Below are positions 26,723 through 36,493 of a DNA stretch of 64,000 nucleotides, piece after piece; position 1 is the first letter of the stretch; each line of letters begins with the position of its first letter. The notes under the pieces were generated by a model. It saw only the letters and a list, made by a program, of their open reading frames with translations, ran no database searches and had not been told where the DNA came from. This DNA comes from Deltaproteobacteria bacterium (GTDB lineage Bacteria > Myxococcota_A > Polyangia > Polyangiales > JADJMO01). Position numbers and translations under genes: made by a program. Location of the stretch: assembly GCA_022843175.1 (NCBI GenBank), contig JALHOE010000001.1, forward strand, positions 70,988-134,987, in the 5' to 3' direction.

Positions 26723-27945
26723 GGCAGCGTTCCGGCCGCGGCGTCGAGCTCGATGCGTGCTTCAGCGAGCGCGAGCTCCGCGTCGAGCGCCTCTGTCGAT
26801 GCGTCTTGCAGCGTCTTGCGGAGAAGGAGGACGTCCGTGACGTTGCTGCTTCCGACGTCGTAGGCCTTGACCGCACGCGCGACGGCAACATCCGCGAGCG
26901 TCGCGACCTTCGCGAGCGCGTCGTGCGAGTCGCGCGCCGACGTCCAGCTGGCGTATGCCGCCTTGAGCTCCCCGATGGCCAGCGCACGAACGGCCGCGAG
27001 ATCGGCCTGGGCGGCGGCGACCTTGGCGTTCGCCGTCGCGATCGCGGTCTTGTTCGTGTTGAACAACGGCAACGGCAGTGACACGCCGACCGTCACGAAG
27101 TTCGTCGACTCGTGGTACTCGTAATTGCCGACGATGCCGAGCGTCGGCCACGCGTCTGACTTGGCGAGTCCGACCTGCGACCCGGCCGCGGTGACCGCTG
27201 CGGCGGCAGCCTGCACATCGGCGCGCTTGTCGATCGATGCGAGCAGCGTGTCGAGCGACTGAGGTGCGGAGATCGCGACGAGGTCACCTCCGACGCGGGC
27301 ATCCTCGGGAGCGCCGATGTACGCGACGAGAAGCGCTCGCTTCGCCGCGACGAGGCCATCGGCCGCCGACAGGCGTGCGTCCTCGCGCCCGAGCTCGATC
27401 TCGAACACGCTGGTGTCACCCTTCGCGATGTCGCCGGTCGCGGCGCGGCGCTTCGCGATGACCAGCAGGTTCGATGCGACCTCCTTGCGTGTCTTGGCGA
27501 GCGCGACGCCTCGCTGCGCACGGAGCGCGCGTGCCCAGCGAAGAAGCGCCTCGCGAACGACTCCGCGAAGACCGTCCGCGGCGCTCGCTTTCGCGGCGTC
27601 GACGTTCGTCGCGGCAGCGTCCGATCTTGCCTTCGGTCGTCCGCCGAGATCGAAGGGGATCAGCAAACTCGCGTTTGCCTCCGGGGTCTTCGGATCGCCG
27701 AAGCGCACTCCGCCCATCGCGGTCAGCGTGGGATTCGTCTGCGACACGATGCCCACGCCGACGGTGCCCGCCTTCGCGACGTCGACCTTCGTGGCGTTCG
27801 CCTTCGCGACGGGCGACTCGGTGCGCGCGTACTTCGCGACGCTCTCGCGATCGAGCACGACCGCCGCGTTGGCGACCTCGGCGTACGAACACAGCACGGC
27901 TCCGGCGAGCGCGATGCTCACCGACGAAGCGATCCAACCAGACAT
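26719..27945 (-). CDS. czcC: TolC-family outer-membrane factor (CzcC-like)
   Basis: ATG 27945 preceded by GAGGAGGAGG; signal peptide; two-repeat TolC-like helical pattern. Confidence 0.85.
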   Translation of the reverse strand: MSGWIASSVSIALAGAVLCSYAEVANAAVVLDRESVAKYARTESPVAKANATKVDVAKAGTVGVGIVSQTNPTLTAMGGVRFGDPKTPEANASLLIPFDLGGRPKARSDAAATNVDAAKASAADGLRGVVREALLRWARALRAQRGVALAKTRKEVASNLLVIAKRRAATGDIAKGDTSVFEIELGREDARLSAADGLVAAKRALLVAYIGAPEDARVGGDLVAISAPQSLDTLLASIDKRADVQAAAAAVTAAGSQVGLAKSDAWPTLGIVGNYEYHESTNFVTVGVSLPLPLFNTNKTAIATANAKVAAAQADLAAVRALAIGELKAAYASWTSARDSHDALAKVATLADVAVARAVKAYDVGSSNVTDVLLLRKTLQDASTEALDAELALAEARIELDAAAGTLP

Positions 27946-28102
27946 GAGAACCTCCTCCTCGGAGGCCCGCGGGCGTTGCCGCGGGCGAGCGCTACGCTCC
28001 AATTGCGGAGGTCAGCGCACTTCCAACGGACAAACTCGTCGCGCGCACGCGACGACGATGCGCCCCACCTGAGGGACGCCGCTGTTCACGGACGAGGAGA
28101 GA

Positions 28103-28435
28103 TCACGCGCGCGGTGGACGGTACGGTGGAGAGCGCGGACGCGATGGAGCCTTCTGGATCGGCTCGAACGCGACATCGACACGAGCCGCCGCGGCGACGC
28201 GCTCGATCTCCGGCGCGCCGATCACGACTGGCAGCGCGTGCGTCACGTGATGGCACTCGGGGCAGCCCGGTGGGCAATCGGCGTCGCTATCGTCGCGGCC
28301 ACCGCCCGTTCGCTCCTGCTCGACGTGGCTCGCGAGCGTCTCGGCGAACACAGCATCCGCGAACACGTGCGCCGCACCGGTGATCTGCAGCGCGATCAAG
28401 GCAACGAGCACACGGAGCGCGCGCATGACACGCAT
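28103..28435 (-). CDS. small secreted Cys/His protein at the head of the czc operon (CzcI-like position)
   Basis: MRVMRALRVLVALIALQITGAAHVFA signal; CPPGCPECHHVTH motif; no family recognised. Confidence 0.4.
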   Translation of the reverse strand: MRVMRALRVLVALIALQITGAAHVFADAVFAETLASHVEQERTGGGRDDSDADCPPGCPECHHVTHALPVVIGAPEIERVAAAARVDVAFEPIQKAPSRPRSPPYRPPRA

Positions 28436-28614
28436 CCGGCCCCGCCAGGACCGAAGCGTTCGCAGGTGCACGCCGCGCGACACGCGCCAAGGTTAGCACG
28501 CGGCCTCGGCGGCAGCCCGGCTCCGCGAGTCGTAGGCTTGCCCGGTGAACCGGCCTCCCCGGTTTCGGTGTCCCGTTCGCGTCCTGCCGCGCCTATGAGA
28601 GGCAGGAGGTCACG

Positions 28615-29280
28615 ATGGAACGGAAGCCGGGCCGCGGGGCAAGCGTCGGAGCTGTGTTCGGACTGGGCGCGCTCGCGTGCATCGGGTGCTGCGCCGCCCC
28701 GTTGTTGATCGCGCTCGGACTCTCGGCAAGCGCCAGCGCGGCAATCGCGATGTGGACGGAGCGTGCCGCGCAGGTCGCCCTCATCGCAGTGCTGGTTGGT
28801 GCGGCGCTCTGGTTCGTGCGACGTCGTTTGCGAGCGCGCGCGGCTGCGTCGGCGTGCGCAGACGCATGCGCCGTGGATCGATCGTGCGGCTGCGCGACCG
28901 GGGCGAGCGGTGCGTCGTCCGGTTGCACGTTGCCGCGCGAGGACGCGCCGAAGCGGATGGATGCATTTCGCGAGCTCTTCGACTCCGGCCTGCGTCGCAC
29001 CGAGCGACGCGCCGGCTCGGTTGCATTCATCTTCGACGACGACGAAGCAACCGCAACTCGCGTGCGTGCGCTGATCGAGCAAGAGAGCCGATGCTGCTCG
29101 TTCCTCGCCTTCGAAGTGAAGCGCGCCGCTGGCGAGCTGCGGTGGACCACGCGCGCGGGCACAGAGCACTCCGACGTCCTCGAGACATGGGCTGAGCTGC
29201 CGTCGCTCGCCAGGCCGCCCGAAGGCGTCGCGAACGCCATCGAGCGCCTCGGCTTACGGGAGGGCGGCCTCGCCGCATGA
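28615..29280 (+). CDS. Cys-rich membrane protein with a MerT-like GCC transmembrane motif
   Basis: LGALACIGCCAAPLLIALGLSAS (compare the MerT CC-x-x-P helix); second TM; Cys cluster ASACADACAVDRSCGCATG...GC; GGAGG SD. Confidence 0.5.
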   Translation: MERKPGRGASVGAVFGLGALACIGCCAAPLLIALGLSASASAAIAMWTERAAQVALIAVLVGAALWFVRRRLRARAAASACADACAVDRSCGCATGASGASSGCTLPREDAPKRMDAFRELFDSGLRRTERRAGSVAFIFDDDEATATRVRALIEQESRCCSFLAFEVKRAAGELRWTTRAGTEHSDVLETWAELPSLARPPEGVANAIERLGLREGGLAA

Positions 29281-29281
29281 G

Positions 29282-29812
29282 ATGACGCCGGCGGAGCGCG
29301 CGGAGCTCAATCGTCTGCTCGTACGGTTCTCCGACGGGGATCGGTCCGTCTTCGCGTCGCTCTTCGAGCGACTCTGGCCGCCAACTCTCGCGATCGCGCG
29401 TCGAATCACGAAGCACGAGGCGGACGCGGAGGACGCCGCGCAGCAAGGAGTCCTCAAGATCTTCGACTCGATTGCAGACCTCGATCCGACGCGCAACGCC
29501 GTTGCATGGGCGTTCTCGATCGCGACCTACGAGGCGCTCACGGCGCGGCGTCGACGCCAGCGTCGCGCGGAGATCGCCAACGCCGATGACCATGACCGAC
29601 GGGATGATCGACCGCTCGCCGACGAGCAGGTGATCGAGGCAGAGGCACGCGCGGCGCTCTTCGAGATGGTCGGCTCGATGGCCGATAGGGATCGCGCCGC
29701 GCTCGCCCACCTGTGGACGGGCGACGCACCGCCGACGGACGAAACGTCACGAAAGAGGAGGCTCCGCGCGGTCGATCGCCTTCGCGCTGCCTGGAGGAAG
29801 CTCTATGGTTGA
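29282..29812 (+). CDS. ECF-type RNA polymerase sigma factor
   Basis: region 2 (DAEDAAQQGVLKIF) and region 4 (DRAALAHLW...SRKRRLRAVDRLR) patterns; starts 2 nt after the upstream stop. Confidence 0.75.
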   Translation: MTPAERAELNRLLVRFSDGDRSVFASLFERLWPPTLAIARRITKHEADAEDAAQQGVLKIFDSIADLDPTRNAVAWAFSIATYEALTARRRRQRRAEIANADDHDRRDDRPLADEQVIEAEARAALFEMVGSMADRDRAALAHLWTGDAPPTDETSRKRRLRAVDRLRAAWRKLYG

Positions 29813-30341
29813 TCTCGATCTCCTTGCTCGGCGCGCGCGGCGCGTCTCCGAGGTCGCGCGTCTGCGCGTCGCGACACGGATGGCGCCGGCTGCGCTGGTG
29901 TTCACGATCGCCGGTGCGGTCATTGCGGGAGCGCTGACTCCGCGTGTCGTGATTGCTTCCGCGGTGTTGATGGCGCTCGTCGTCGTTCTCCGGTGGCGGA
30001 GCCGAACGGCGGGTAACGGTGCGACAGCTGGCCTGATCGCAGGAGCCGCCCCGATCGCAACGGTGTTCGTCGTCCGCGCGCTGTGCGGTCCGGACTCAAT
30101 TGGCGAGTGTGGTGTGTACTGCTCGGCGATCGGGTTTGCAGCGGGAGCGATCGTTACAGCGCTGCACGCGAAGTCACTGCGCTCCAACTCCGGGTGGCTC
30201 GCCGCGGCGGTGACCGCGGTTGCCGCGATCGCAGTTGGCTGCGCGGGACTGGGCCTTGGCGTTGCTGTCGCGGTCGGCACGGTGCTGCTCGCGGGTGTCT
30301 TCGCCGGTTGGGGCGTGTCTCGGGCGCTGGCGGCTTCGTAG
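29805..30341 (+). CDS. polytopic membrane protein, candidate anti-sigma factor
   Basis: overlaps the sigma gene by 8 nt; short cytoplasmic N-terminus then 4-5 hydrophobic helices; CGPDSIGECGVYC motif. Confidence 0.4.
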   Translation: MVDLDLLARRARRVSEVARLRVATRMAPAALVFTIAGAVIAGALTPRVVIASAVLMALVVVLRWRSRTAGNGATAGLIAGAAPIATVFVVRALCGPDSIGECGVYCSAIGFAAGAIVTALHAKSLRSNSGWLAAAVTAVAAIAVGCAGLGLGVAVAVGTVLLAGVFAGWGVSRALAAS

Positions 30342-30346
30342 ATCGT

Positions 30347-30685
30347 TCAGCGTGGCGCGAACGCCATGATTGCCATCCCCAGGATGGCGACCGACGCGCC
30401 GATCAGATCCCAGCTGTCGGGCTGCTGCTTGTCGACGAGGAACGCCCACGCGACGGCGACCGCAACGTACACGCCGCCGTACATCGCGTACGTGCGGCCA
30501 GCCGACGTCGGGTGCAACGTGAGCAACCATGCAAACGCCGACAGACTGAGTGCGGCCGGCAGAACGAGCCACAGCGATCCGCCGCGACGCAGCCAGAGAT
30601 ATGGCAGGTAGCACCCCACGATCTCGGCGAGCGCGGTCGCGACGAAGAGCGCGAACGTTCGAGCGATGGGCAACGGTGCTGACAT
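30347..30685 (-). CDS. ynfA: YnfA/UPF0060 family small membrane protein
   Basis: 112 aa; four TM helices; [13 protein letters not shown] and YGGVYVA motifs. Confidence 0.75.
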   Translation of the reverse strand: MSAPLPIARTFALFVATALAEIVGCYLPYLWLRRGGSLWLVLPAALSLSAFAWLLTLHPTSAGRTYAMYGGVYVAVAVAWAFLVDKQQPDSWDLIGASVAILGMAIMAFAPR

Positions 30686-30701
30686 CTGCTTCGGTCCGAG
30701 A

Positions 30702-31424
30702 CTACTCCTTCGGACCGACGCCGAGCGCCGGCTTCAACGCGCCGAGCTGCCTTCGCTCCTTTTCTTCCGAATAGCGAGTCGTGAGGACATCGACCTGCGT
30801 CCGCAGGAGAAGGGTCATGCGGAACAGCTCCTCCATCACGTCGACAACGCGGTCCCGATAGCTCGAGGGCTTCATCCGCCCCTCTTGGTCGAACTCATCG
30901 AAGGCCTTCGGCACCGACGACTGGTTCGGGATGGTGAACATCCGCATCCACCGTCCGAGCACGCGCATCTGGTTCACCGCGTTGAAGGACTGGCTTCCTC
31001 CGGACACCTCGAGGACAGCGAGCGTTCGTCCCTGCGTTGGACGAACCGCGCCCGTGTTCAACGGCAGCCAGTCGATCTGGTTCTTGAACGCTGCGGTCAT
31101 CGCGCCGTGCTGCTCGGGCGACACCCAGACGTGCGCCTCGGACCAATCGCTCAGCTCGCGGAGCTCGCGCACCTTCGGAAGATCGAACGACTGTCGATCG
31201 AACACCGGCAACCCGCGCGGATCGAACAGGCGGACCTCCGCGCCGAAGCGAGTGAGAACGCGGACGCACTCCTCGGCGAGGTAGCGGCTGAAGCTCTTCT
31301 CGCGGAGGGAGCCGTACAAGACGAGCACGCGCGGCGGATGGGTCGGCAGCGGAGTCCGCGCGAAGCTCGCGAGCGTGGATTCGATGGTGTGCGGCGGCAG
31401 GTCGTCGTCGATCCGGTCGGGCAT
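30702..31424 (-). CDS. arsH: arsenical resistance protein ArsH (NADPH-dependent FMN reductase)
   Basis: [56 protein letters not shown] motifs. Confidence 0.85.
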   Translation of the reverse strand: MPDRIDDDLPPHTIESTLASFARTPLPTHPPRVLVLYGSLREKSFSRYLAEECVRVLTRFGAEVRLFDPRGLPVFDRQSFDLPKVRELRELSDWSEAHVWVSPEQHGAMTAAFKNQIDWLPLNTGAVRPTQGRTLAVLEVSGGSQSFNAVNQMRVLGRWMRMFTIPNQSSVPKAFDEFDQEGRMKPSSYRDRVVDVMEELFRMTLLLRTQVDVLTTRYSEEKERRQLGALKPALGVGPKE

Positions 31425-31451
31425 GTGGTCGCTAGGTTGGTCGCAGAGCGA

Positions 31452-32699
31452 TCAGTCGGCCAGCTCGATCTTCGTGTCGGCCGCGAGCGCGATGGGCTCC
31501 CGCTGGGGCAGGAGCACCGAGATAGCGGTCGTGATCACCGTGAAGGCGAGCGTGCCGTAGAGGCAGCCCGCAATGCCGCCGATCTGGAAGAGCGCGCCCG
31601 AGAGCAGCGTGCCCACGAGCCGGCCCGCGGCGTTGGCCATGTAATAGAAGCCGACGTTCGTCGCGACCTTGTCGCCGTCGGAATAGGACAAGATCAGGTA
31701 CGAGTGCACGGCGGAGTTCAGCGCGAAGACGACGCCGAACACTCCGAGCCCGCCGATCAACAGCACAGCCGGCGGTACACCGGAGAGCAGTCCGAATGCC
31801 ATCGCCGCGGACGTGATCGTGAGAAGCAACGCGAGCACCTGCGCGGCTCGCCCCTGCGGCGCGTGACCACCGGTGAAGCGCACGAGCACCGTGGGGGTCA
31901 GCGACTGCACGGCGCCGTAGCCCACGACCCAGAGCGCGAGGAACGCGCCCACCTGTGTGAACGACCACCCGAGCTTTGCGCTGAGGAAGACCGGGACGCC
32001 GACGACGAACCAGATGTCGCGCGCGCCGAAGAGGAAGAGACGCGCCGCGGAGAGCGCGTTGATGTCGCGCGACTTCGAAAGGAGATGTTTGAACTTCGTT
32101 TTCGCCTTGGCCTTGCCCATCTCCGCCGGCAGCGACAGCACACACGCGACGAGGACCACGACGAGCGCGCCGGCCATGCCCCAGAGCGAGCCGCGGAACC
32201 CGGCGAGGGCTAGGAGCAACCCTCCGAGGAAGAAGCCCGCGCCCTTCAGCGCGTTCTTCGAACCGGTCAAGATCGCAACCCACTTGAAGAGCGCCGAGTG
32301 CGCGTCCTCGGGAAGGAGCACCTTGATCGAGCTCTTCGAGCTCATCTTCGTCAGATCCTTCGCGATGCCGGAGAGCGCCTGCGCCGCCATCACGTACGCG
32401 ACCGACACCGCCTTTGACCAGGTGGGGACGAGCAGCGACAACATGACAAGCGCGACGACCTGCATCGCAAGGCCCGAGAACAACGTGACCTTCAGGCCCA
32501 TGCGCGACGCAATCCACCCGCCGAGCAGGTTCGTGACGACGCCGAAGAACTCGTAGAAGAGGAACAGGAACGCGAGCTGGACGGGCGTGTAGCCGAGCTC
32601 GTGGAAGTGGAGCACCACGAGCATGCGGAGCGCGCCGTCGGTCAACGTGAACGCCCAGTACGCGAGCGTGACGAGGACGTAGTTCCGCAGCGCGCTCAT
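31452..32699 (-). CDS. arsJ: MFS transporter ArsJ (1-arseno-3-phosphoglycerate efflux)
   Basis: LRNYVLVTLAYWAFTLTDGALRMLVVLHFHELGY N-terminus typical of ArsJ; adjacent to gapdh. Confidence 0.8.
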   Translation of the reverse strand: MSALRNYVLVTLAYWAFTLTDGALRMLVVLHFHELGYTPVQLAFLFLFYEFFGVVTNLLGGWIASRMGLKVTLFSGLAMQVVALVMLSLLVPTWSKAVSVAYVMAAQALSGIAKDLTKMSSKSSIKVLLPEDAHSALFKWVAILTGSKNALKGAGFFLGGLLLALAGFRGSLWGMAGALVVVLVACVLSLPAEMGKAKAKTKFKHLLSKSRDINALSAARLFLFGARDIWFVVGVPVFLSAKLGWSFTQVGAFLALWVVGYGAVQSLTPTVLVRFTGGHAPQGRAAQVLALLLTITSAAMAFGLLSGVPPAVLLIGGLGVFGVVFALNSAVHSYLILSYSDGDKVATNVGFYYMANAAGRLVGTLLSGALFQIGGIAGCLYGTLAFTVITTAISVLLPQREPIALAADTKIELAD

Positions 32700-32709
32700 T
32701 CCGCGAGCA

Positions 32710-33720
32710 TCAACGGAGGCCGGCGCCGACCTTGCGCGCGAGATCGATCATGCGATGCACGTACCCGATCTCGTTGTCGTACCACGCGAGAATCTTCACC
32801 GACGTGCCGTCGACCACCATCGTGGAGAGCGCATCGATGATCGAGGAGTGCGGATCGTCCTTGAAGTCGATCGAGACCAACGGGCGCGTCTCGTAGGCAA
32901 GGATGCCCTTGAGCGGTCCCTCCGCCGCGCCCTTGAGGAGCGCGTTGACCTCTTCGACCGTGGTCGGCCGCGCCACCTCGAACACGCAGTCGGTGAGCGA
33001 CGCGTTGAGGAGCGGAACGCGCACCGCGAGGCCGTTCAACTTTCCCTTCAGCTCCGGGTAGATCATCGTGATCGCCGTTGCCGAGCCAGTGGTCGTCGGG
33101 ATGAGCGACATGCCCGAAGCGCGCGCGCGTCGGAGATCCTTGTGAGGAGCATCGACCACTGTCTGCGTGTTCGTCAGGTCGTGGATCGTCGTGATGACGC
33201 CATGCTTGATGCCGAGCCCCTCGTGGATGACCTTTACCACCGGCGCCAGGCAGTTCGTCGTGCACGACGCCGCTGTGAGCAGGTGATGCTCGGTCGGCTT
33301 GTACTCGTGATCGTTGACGCCGTAGACGATGTTCAGCGCCCCCTCCTTCACGGGAGCGGCGACGATGACCTTTTTCACGCCCTTCTCGAAGTAGGGAGCG
33401 AGCGTTTGCGGAGTGCGGAACTTGCCCGAGCACTCGAGCACGATATCGACGCCGGCGTCGCGCCAGGGAACCTCGCCTGGCGCCGCGCGATCGGTGAACC
33501 CGAGGCGCTTGCCCGCGATCTCGACCGCGCCCTCCCGCGCGTCGACCTTGTGCGGCCACCGGCCGTGCACCGAATCGAACGTGAGAAGGTGGGCTGCCGT
33601 CTCCGGCCCGCCCTTCGGCTCGTTGATGTGCACGAACTCGAGGTCCGGAGCTCCCCATCCCGCGCGAAGCGCGAGCCGCCCCATCCGACCGAACCCGTTG
33701 ATGCCGATGCGCACGCTCAA
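32710..33720 (-). CDS. gap: glyceraldehyde-3-phosphate dehydrogenase (ars-associated)
   Basis: [18 protein letters not shown] active site, WYDNEIGY; start is TTG 33720 or GTG 33714. Confidence 0.95.
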   Translation of the reverse strand: MSVRIGINGFGRMGRLALRAGWGAPDLEFVHINEPKGGPETAAHLLTFDSVHGRWPHKVDAREGAVEIAGKRLGFTDRAAPGEVPWRDAGVDIVLECSGKFRTPQTLAPYFEKGVKKVIVAAPVKEGALNIVYGVNDHEYKPTEHHLLTAASCTTNCLAPVVKVIHEGLGIKHGVITTIHDLTNTQTVVDAPHKDLRRARASGMSLIPTTTGSATAITMIYPELKGKLNGLAVRVPLLNASLTDCVFEVARPTTVEEVNALLKGAAEGPLKGILAYETRPLVSIDFKDDPHSSIIDALSTMVVDGTSVKILAWYDNEIGYVHRMIDLARKVGAGLR

Positions 33721-34154
33721 TGGTCACCGCCTTCCTCGACAATCATCAGCAACCGAATGCGACGTTCAAGACCGATCATCACGTCGTGAAACCGCTTCGC
33801 CATCGTGGCCTCGTCGAGGTCACCTTCGGCGGGGTCGCCGAACGACCAATGCGCCACGTGATCGCCGCGCATCGCGCCACACTCGCTCGTGGCACGGTCG
33901 CAGAGCGAGATGACGTAGTCGAAGTGCTGGCCGGCATAGCGCGACAGGTCCTTCGGCTCCTGCCCGCTCATGGAGATGCCGAGATCGGCGACGGCTTTGC
34001 GCGCGAGCGGATGGATATCGGGCCGCGGGCTCGTGCCCGCACTGAAGACCTCGAACCGGTCCCCGCCGATGTGCCGCAGCAGCGCCTCCGCCATCTGGCT
34101 GCGCGCCGAGTTGCCGGTGCAGACGAACAGAACGCGGATGGGTGCGGCGCTCAT
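33717..34154 (-). CDS. arsC: arsenate reductase, LMW-PTPase/thioredoxin-coupled type
   Basis: [18 protein letters not shown]-loop; ISLCD and SECG downstream Cys residues. Confidence 0.9.
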   Translation of the reverse strand: MSAAPIRVLFVCTGNSARSQMAEALLRHIGGDRFEVFSAGTSPRPDIHPLARKAVADLGISMSGQEPKDLSRYAGQHFDYVISLCDRATSECGAMRGDHVAHWSFGDPAEGDLDEATMAKRFHDVMIGLERRIRLLMIVEEGGDH

Positions 34155-34246
34155 GCCGCCGGTTCTTCCAGATTTGCTTGCATGATGCAAGTACCTGTTG
34201 CGGGCGCCGCGATCCGTGTATCGTGCAAGCATCTGCCGGAGGCGTC

Positions 34247-34864
34247 ATGGGTATGCGCAGGAAGGACACGCGGTTCTTCGATGCGTTCGCGAGTCACGCG
34301 AACGTGACCTTGAAGGCCGCCCGCCTCGTCCGATCGATGTTCGACGATCTCGGTAGAGCGCAGGAGATCTCCGCCACGGTCAGCGCGGCGGAGAAGGAAG
34401 GCGACGAGATCACCCACGGGGTGATCCGCATGATCCACGAGACCTGGATCACGCCGATCGATCGACCGGACATCCATCGCCTCATCACCCGCATGGACGA
34501 CGTTCTCGACTTCGCTGAGGCCGTAGCCGAGCGGATCGTCCTCTTCGAGATCCGCGAGACACGCCCCGACGCGAAGGAGCTCGCGGACGTGCTCGTGAAG
34601 TGTTGCGAGTCCATCCAGAAGACGATGCAGCTCCTCCCGAAGATGCCGCGCGTCGAGCTGCTCGAGTGCTGCGGCGCGATCGGCGCCCTCGAAGATCTTG
34701 CAGACGACGTCTACCGGCGTGCGATCGCGACGCTCTTCAAGGCACCGGATGATCCGCTCATCGTGCTCAAGTGGCGCGACATCTACGACGCGCTCGAGAA
34801 CGCGACCGGCCGATGCGCCGACGTCGCGAACAACATCGAGGGCATCGTCCTCGAAGAGGCCTGA
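34247..34864 (+). CDS. DUF47 (PhoU-like, TIGR00153-type) protein
   Basis: FFDAF..HA, EKEGDEITH, IDRPDIHRL, WRDIYDALENATGRC motifs. Confidence 0.8.
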   Translation: MGMRRKDTRFFDAFASHANVTLKAARLVRSMFDDLGRAQEISATVSAAEKEGDEITHGVIRMIHETWITPIDRPDIHRLITRMDDVLDFAEAVAERIVLFEIRETRPDAKELADVLVKCCESIQKTMQLLPKMPRVELLECCGAIGALEDLADDVYRRAIATLFKAPDDPLIVLKWRDIYDALENATGRCADVANNIEGIVLEEA

Positions 34865-34900
34865 GGACGCGCTTGACCAGGCGGCGCGAGACGGACAACC

Positions 34901-35398
34901 TTGGCGGCGAACGTGGCTTCGAAGACTGATTTCGCATCGGCCCTGCGCCGCCTCGTGCGCGGCGTGAGTCGTCTCGAAAGGGACGTCGTGTGCTGCGATG
35001 TAACGTTGCAGCAGTTCGACACGATGAGGCTCCTCGCCGACGGTCCGCGCTTGAACACCGACCTGGCGCAGGCGCTCGGGATCGACCTCTCCACGGCGAG
35101 CCGGAATCTCGCCAAGCTGGAGGACGCCGGTTACGTGGAGCGAGTGGCGGTCGCCGAGGATGGGCGCGCCGTGGCGAACCGTCTCACGCGCAAGGGCAAG
35201 AAGTGCCTCGAGTCGCTGGTGTGCGACGAGCGCTTGGTGCTTGGCGGACTCGCGAACCGGCTACCGCCGGAGCGCCGCGACCTCGCAGCGGAAGTGCTGC
35301 GTGACCTCGCAGCGGCAGTCGACGCCGAGATCGCGGAGCGGACGTCCACGTGCACGACATGCGAGCCCGCGGCAAAGCCGCGCCGCAACGCTCGGTAG
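34901..35398 (+). CDS. MarR-family transcriptional regulator with a C-terminal CxxC
   Basis: winged-helix core LTDLAQALGIDLSTASRNLAKLEDAGYVERV...DGRAVANRLT; start codon uncertain (TTG 34901 or GTG 34913). Confidence 0.75.
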   Translation: MAANVASKTDFASALRRLVRGVSRLERDVVCCDVTLQQFDTMRLLADGPRLNTDLAQALGIDLSTASRNLAKLEDAGYVERVAVAEDGRAVANRLTRKGKKCLESLVCDERLVLGGLANRLPPERRDLAAEVLRDLAAAVDAEIAERTSTCTTCEPAAKPRRNAR

Positions 35399-35410
35399 GT
35401 CGTGGGAACC

Positions 35411-35830
35411 TCACCGCGCGAAGTACTTCGTTGCGCGCTTCTCACCCTTCTTGCGAACGAGATTCTTCGCGAGCGCATGCGACATCGGCCGCGGGAGGTC
35501 CTTGCGGGAAAGCCCAAGCTCCTTTTGGATCTGTTCGGCGCGGAGGCCGTCCGGGTGCTTCTTCAGGAGCTCGACGACCGCGGTGGTGATCTTCTCGAAG
35601 TCCGCAGCAGTGCGGCGCTCACCCGCGCGTGCGCGCGCGAGCCGGGGCGTCGCCTTCAACGCACTCGCCGCGGGCATCGTCGAAGCGGAACGACGCCCAC
35701 CGCGGCTTGGAGCCGGTGCATCAGCGGAGATCGCACTCAGATCGGACAGCGAGGCACCGCGAAGCGCGGCGAGGATCTGGGACGCGAAGTCTTCGGCGAG
35801 ACGCGAAATCGTGGAGCGCAGTGCGGACAT
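35411..35830 (-). CDS. hypothetical protein with a basic, winged-helix-like C-terminal domain
   Basis: ORF with coding-like composition; FEKITTAVVELLKKHPDGLRAEQIQKELGLSRKDL...; no family recognised. Confidence 0.35.
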   Translation of the reverse strand: MSALRSTISRLAEDFASQILAALRGASLSDLSAISADAPAPSRGGRRSASTMPAASALKATPRLARARAGERRTAADFEKITTAVVELLKKHPDGLRAEQIQKELGLSRKDLPRPMSHALAKNLVRKKGEKRATKYFAR

Positions 35831-35902
35831 GGTTGCCAGTGATACGAGACCGTTGATCAACAGTCCACTCGCTCCCGCTATCTGTCTCGGCGCGGCCTTT
35901 CG

Positions 35903-36457
35903 TTAGCAGCTCTTGCAGGGCGCCGAGGCCTTTGGCGTGCACGCGACGACATTGCCACGTCGATCCATTTCGAAGTCACAGCAGGCGCGAACGATCTCCT
36001 CGAACATCTTCCGAGCGCGCTGCACGCGAGACTTGGCGCCCGAGAACGAAAGGCCCGTGCGCTCCGCGAGCTCGCGCTGGCTGAGGCCCTGCATCTCTGT
36101 GAGCTCGAGCGCCTCGCGGTACTCGTCCGGCATCGAGGCCATCAGCGTGCGGAACGAGCTCGCCATCTCGGCGTTGAAGTTCCTCTCGGGCTCCTCGGTC
36201 GACGGCTCTTCGGCATGGTCGAGCGACGCGTGATCGCGGCGGCGGCGGAGGTGATCGGTGACGACGCTGCGGGCGATCCTGAACAGCCAGGGAACGACAC
36301 GCGACTCGTCGCGGAGCTCGTCGGCGTGCTGCTTCATGCGCACGAAGATCTCCTGCGAAAGATCGTCGACGGCGTCCGGCCGGACGCGGCGGGCAACGAA
36401 CTGCCGCACGTCCGTCTGAAGTGCCAGGTACGCCTGCTCGATCTGCTCCATACCCAT
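35903..36457 (-). CDS. ECF sigma factor with a C-terminal Cys-rich extension (CorE-like)
   Basis: regions 2 and 4 (DDLSQEIFVRM, EMQGLSQRELAERTGLSFSGAKSRVQRARK), then ACCDFEMDRRGNVVACTPKASAPCKSC; no adjacent anti-sigma gene. Confidence 0.75.
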   Translation of the reverse strand: MGMEQIEQAYLALQTDVRQFVARRVRPDAVDDLSQEIFVRMKQHADELRDESRVVPWLFRIARSVVTDHLRRRRDHASLDHAEEPSTEEPERNFNAEMASSFRTLMASMPDEYREALELTEMQGLSQRELAERTGLSFSGAKSRVQRARKMFEEIVRACCDFEMDRRGNVVACTPKASAPCKSC

Positions 36458-36493
36458 GAAGACGCACTCGCTGCCAAAAGGACGCAGGAAAAG

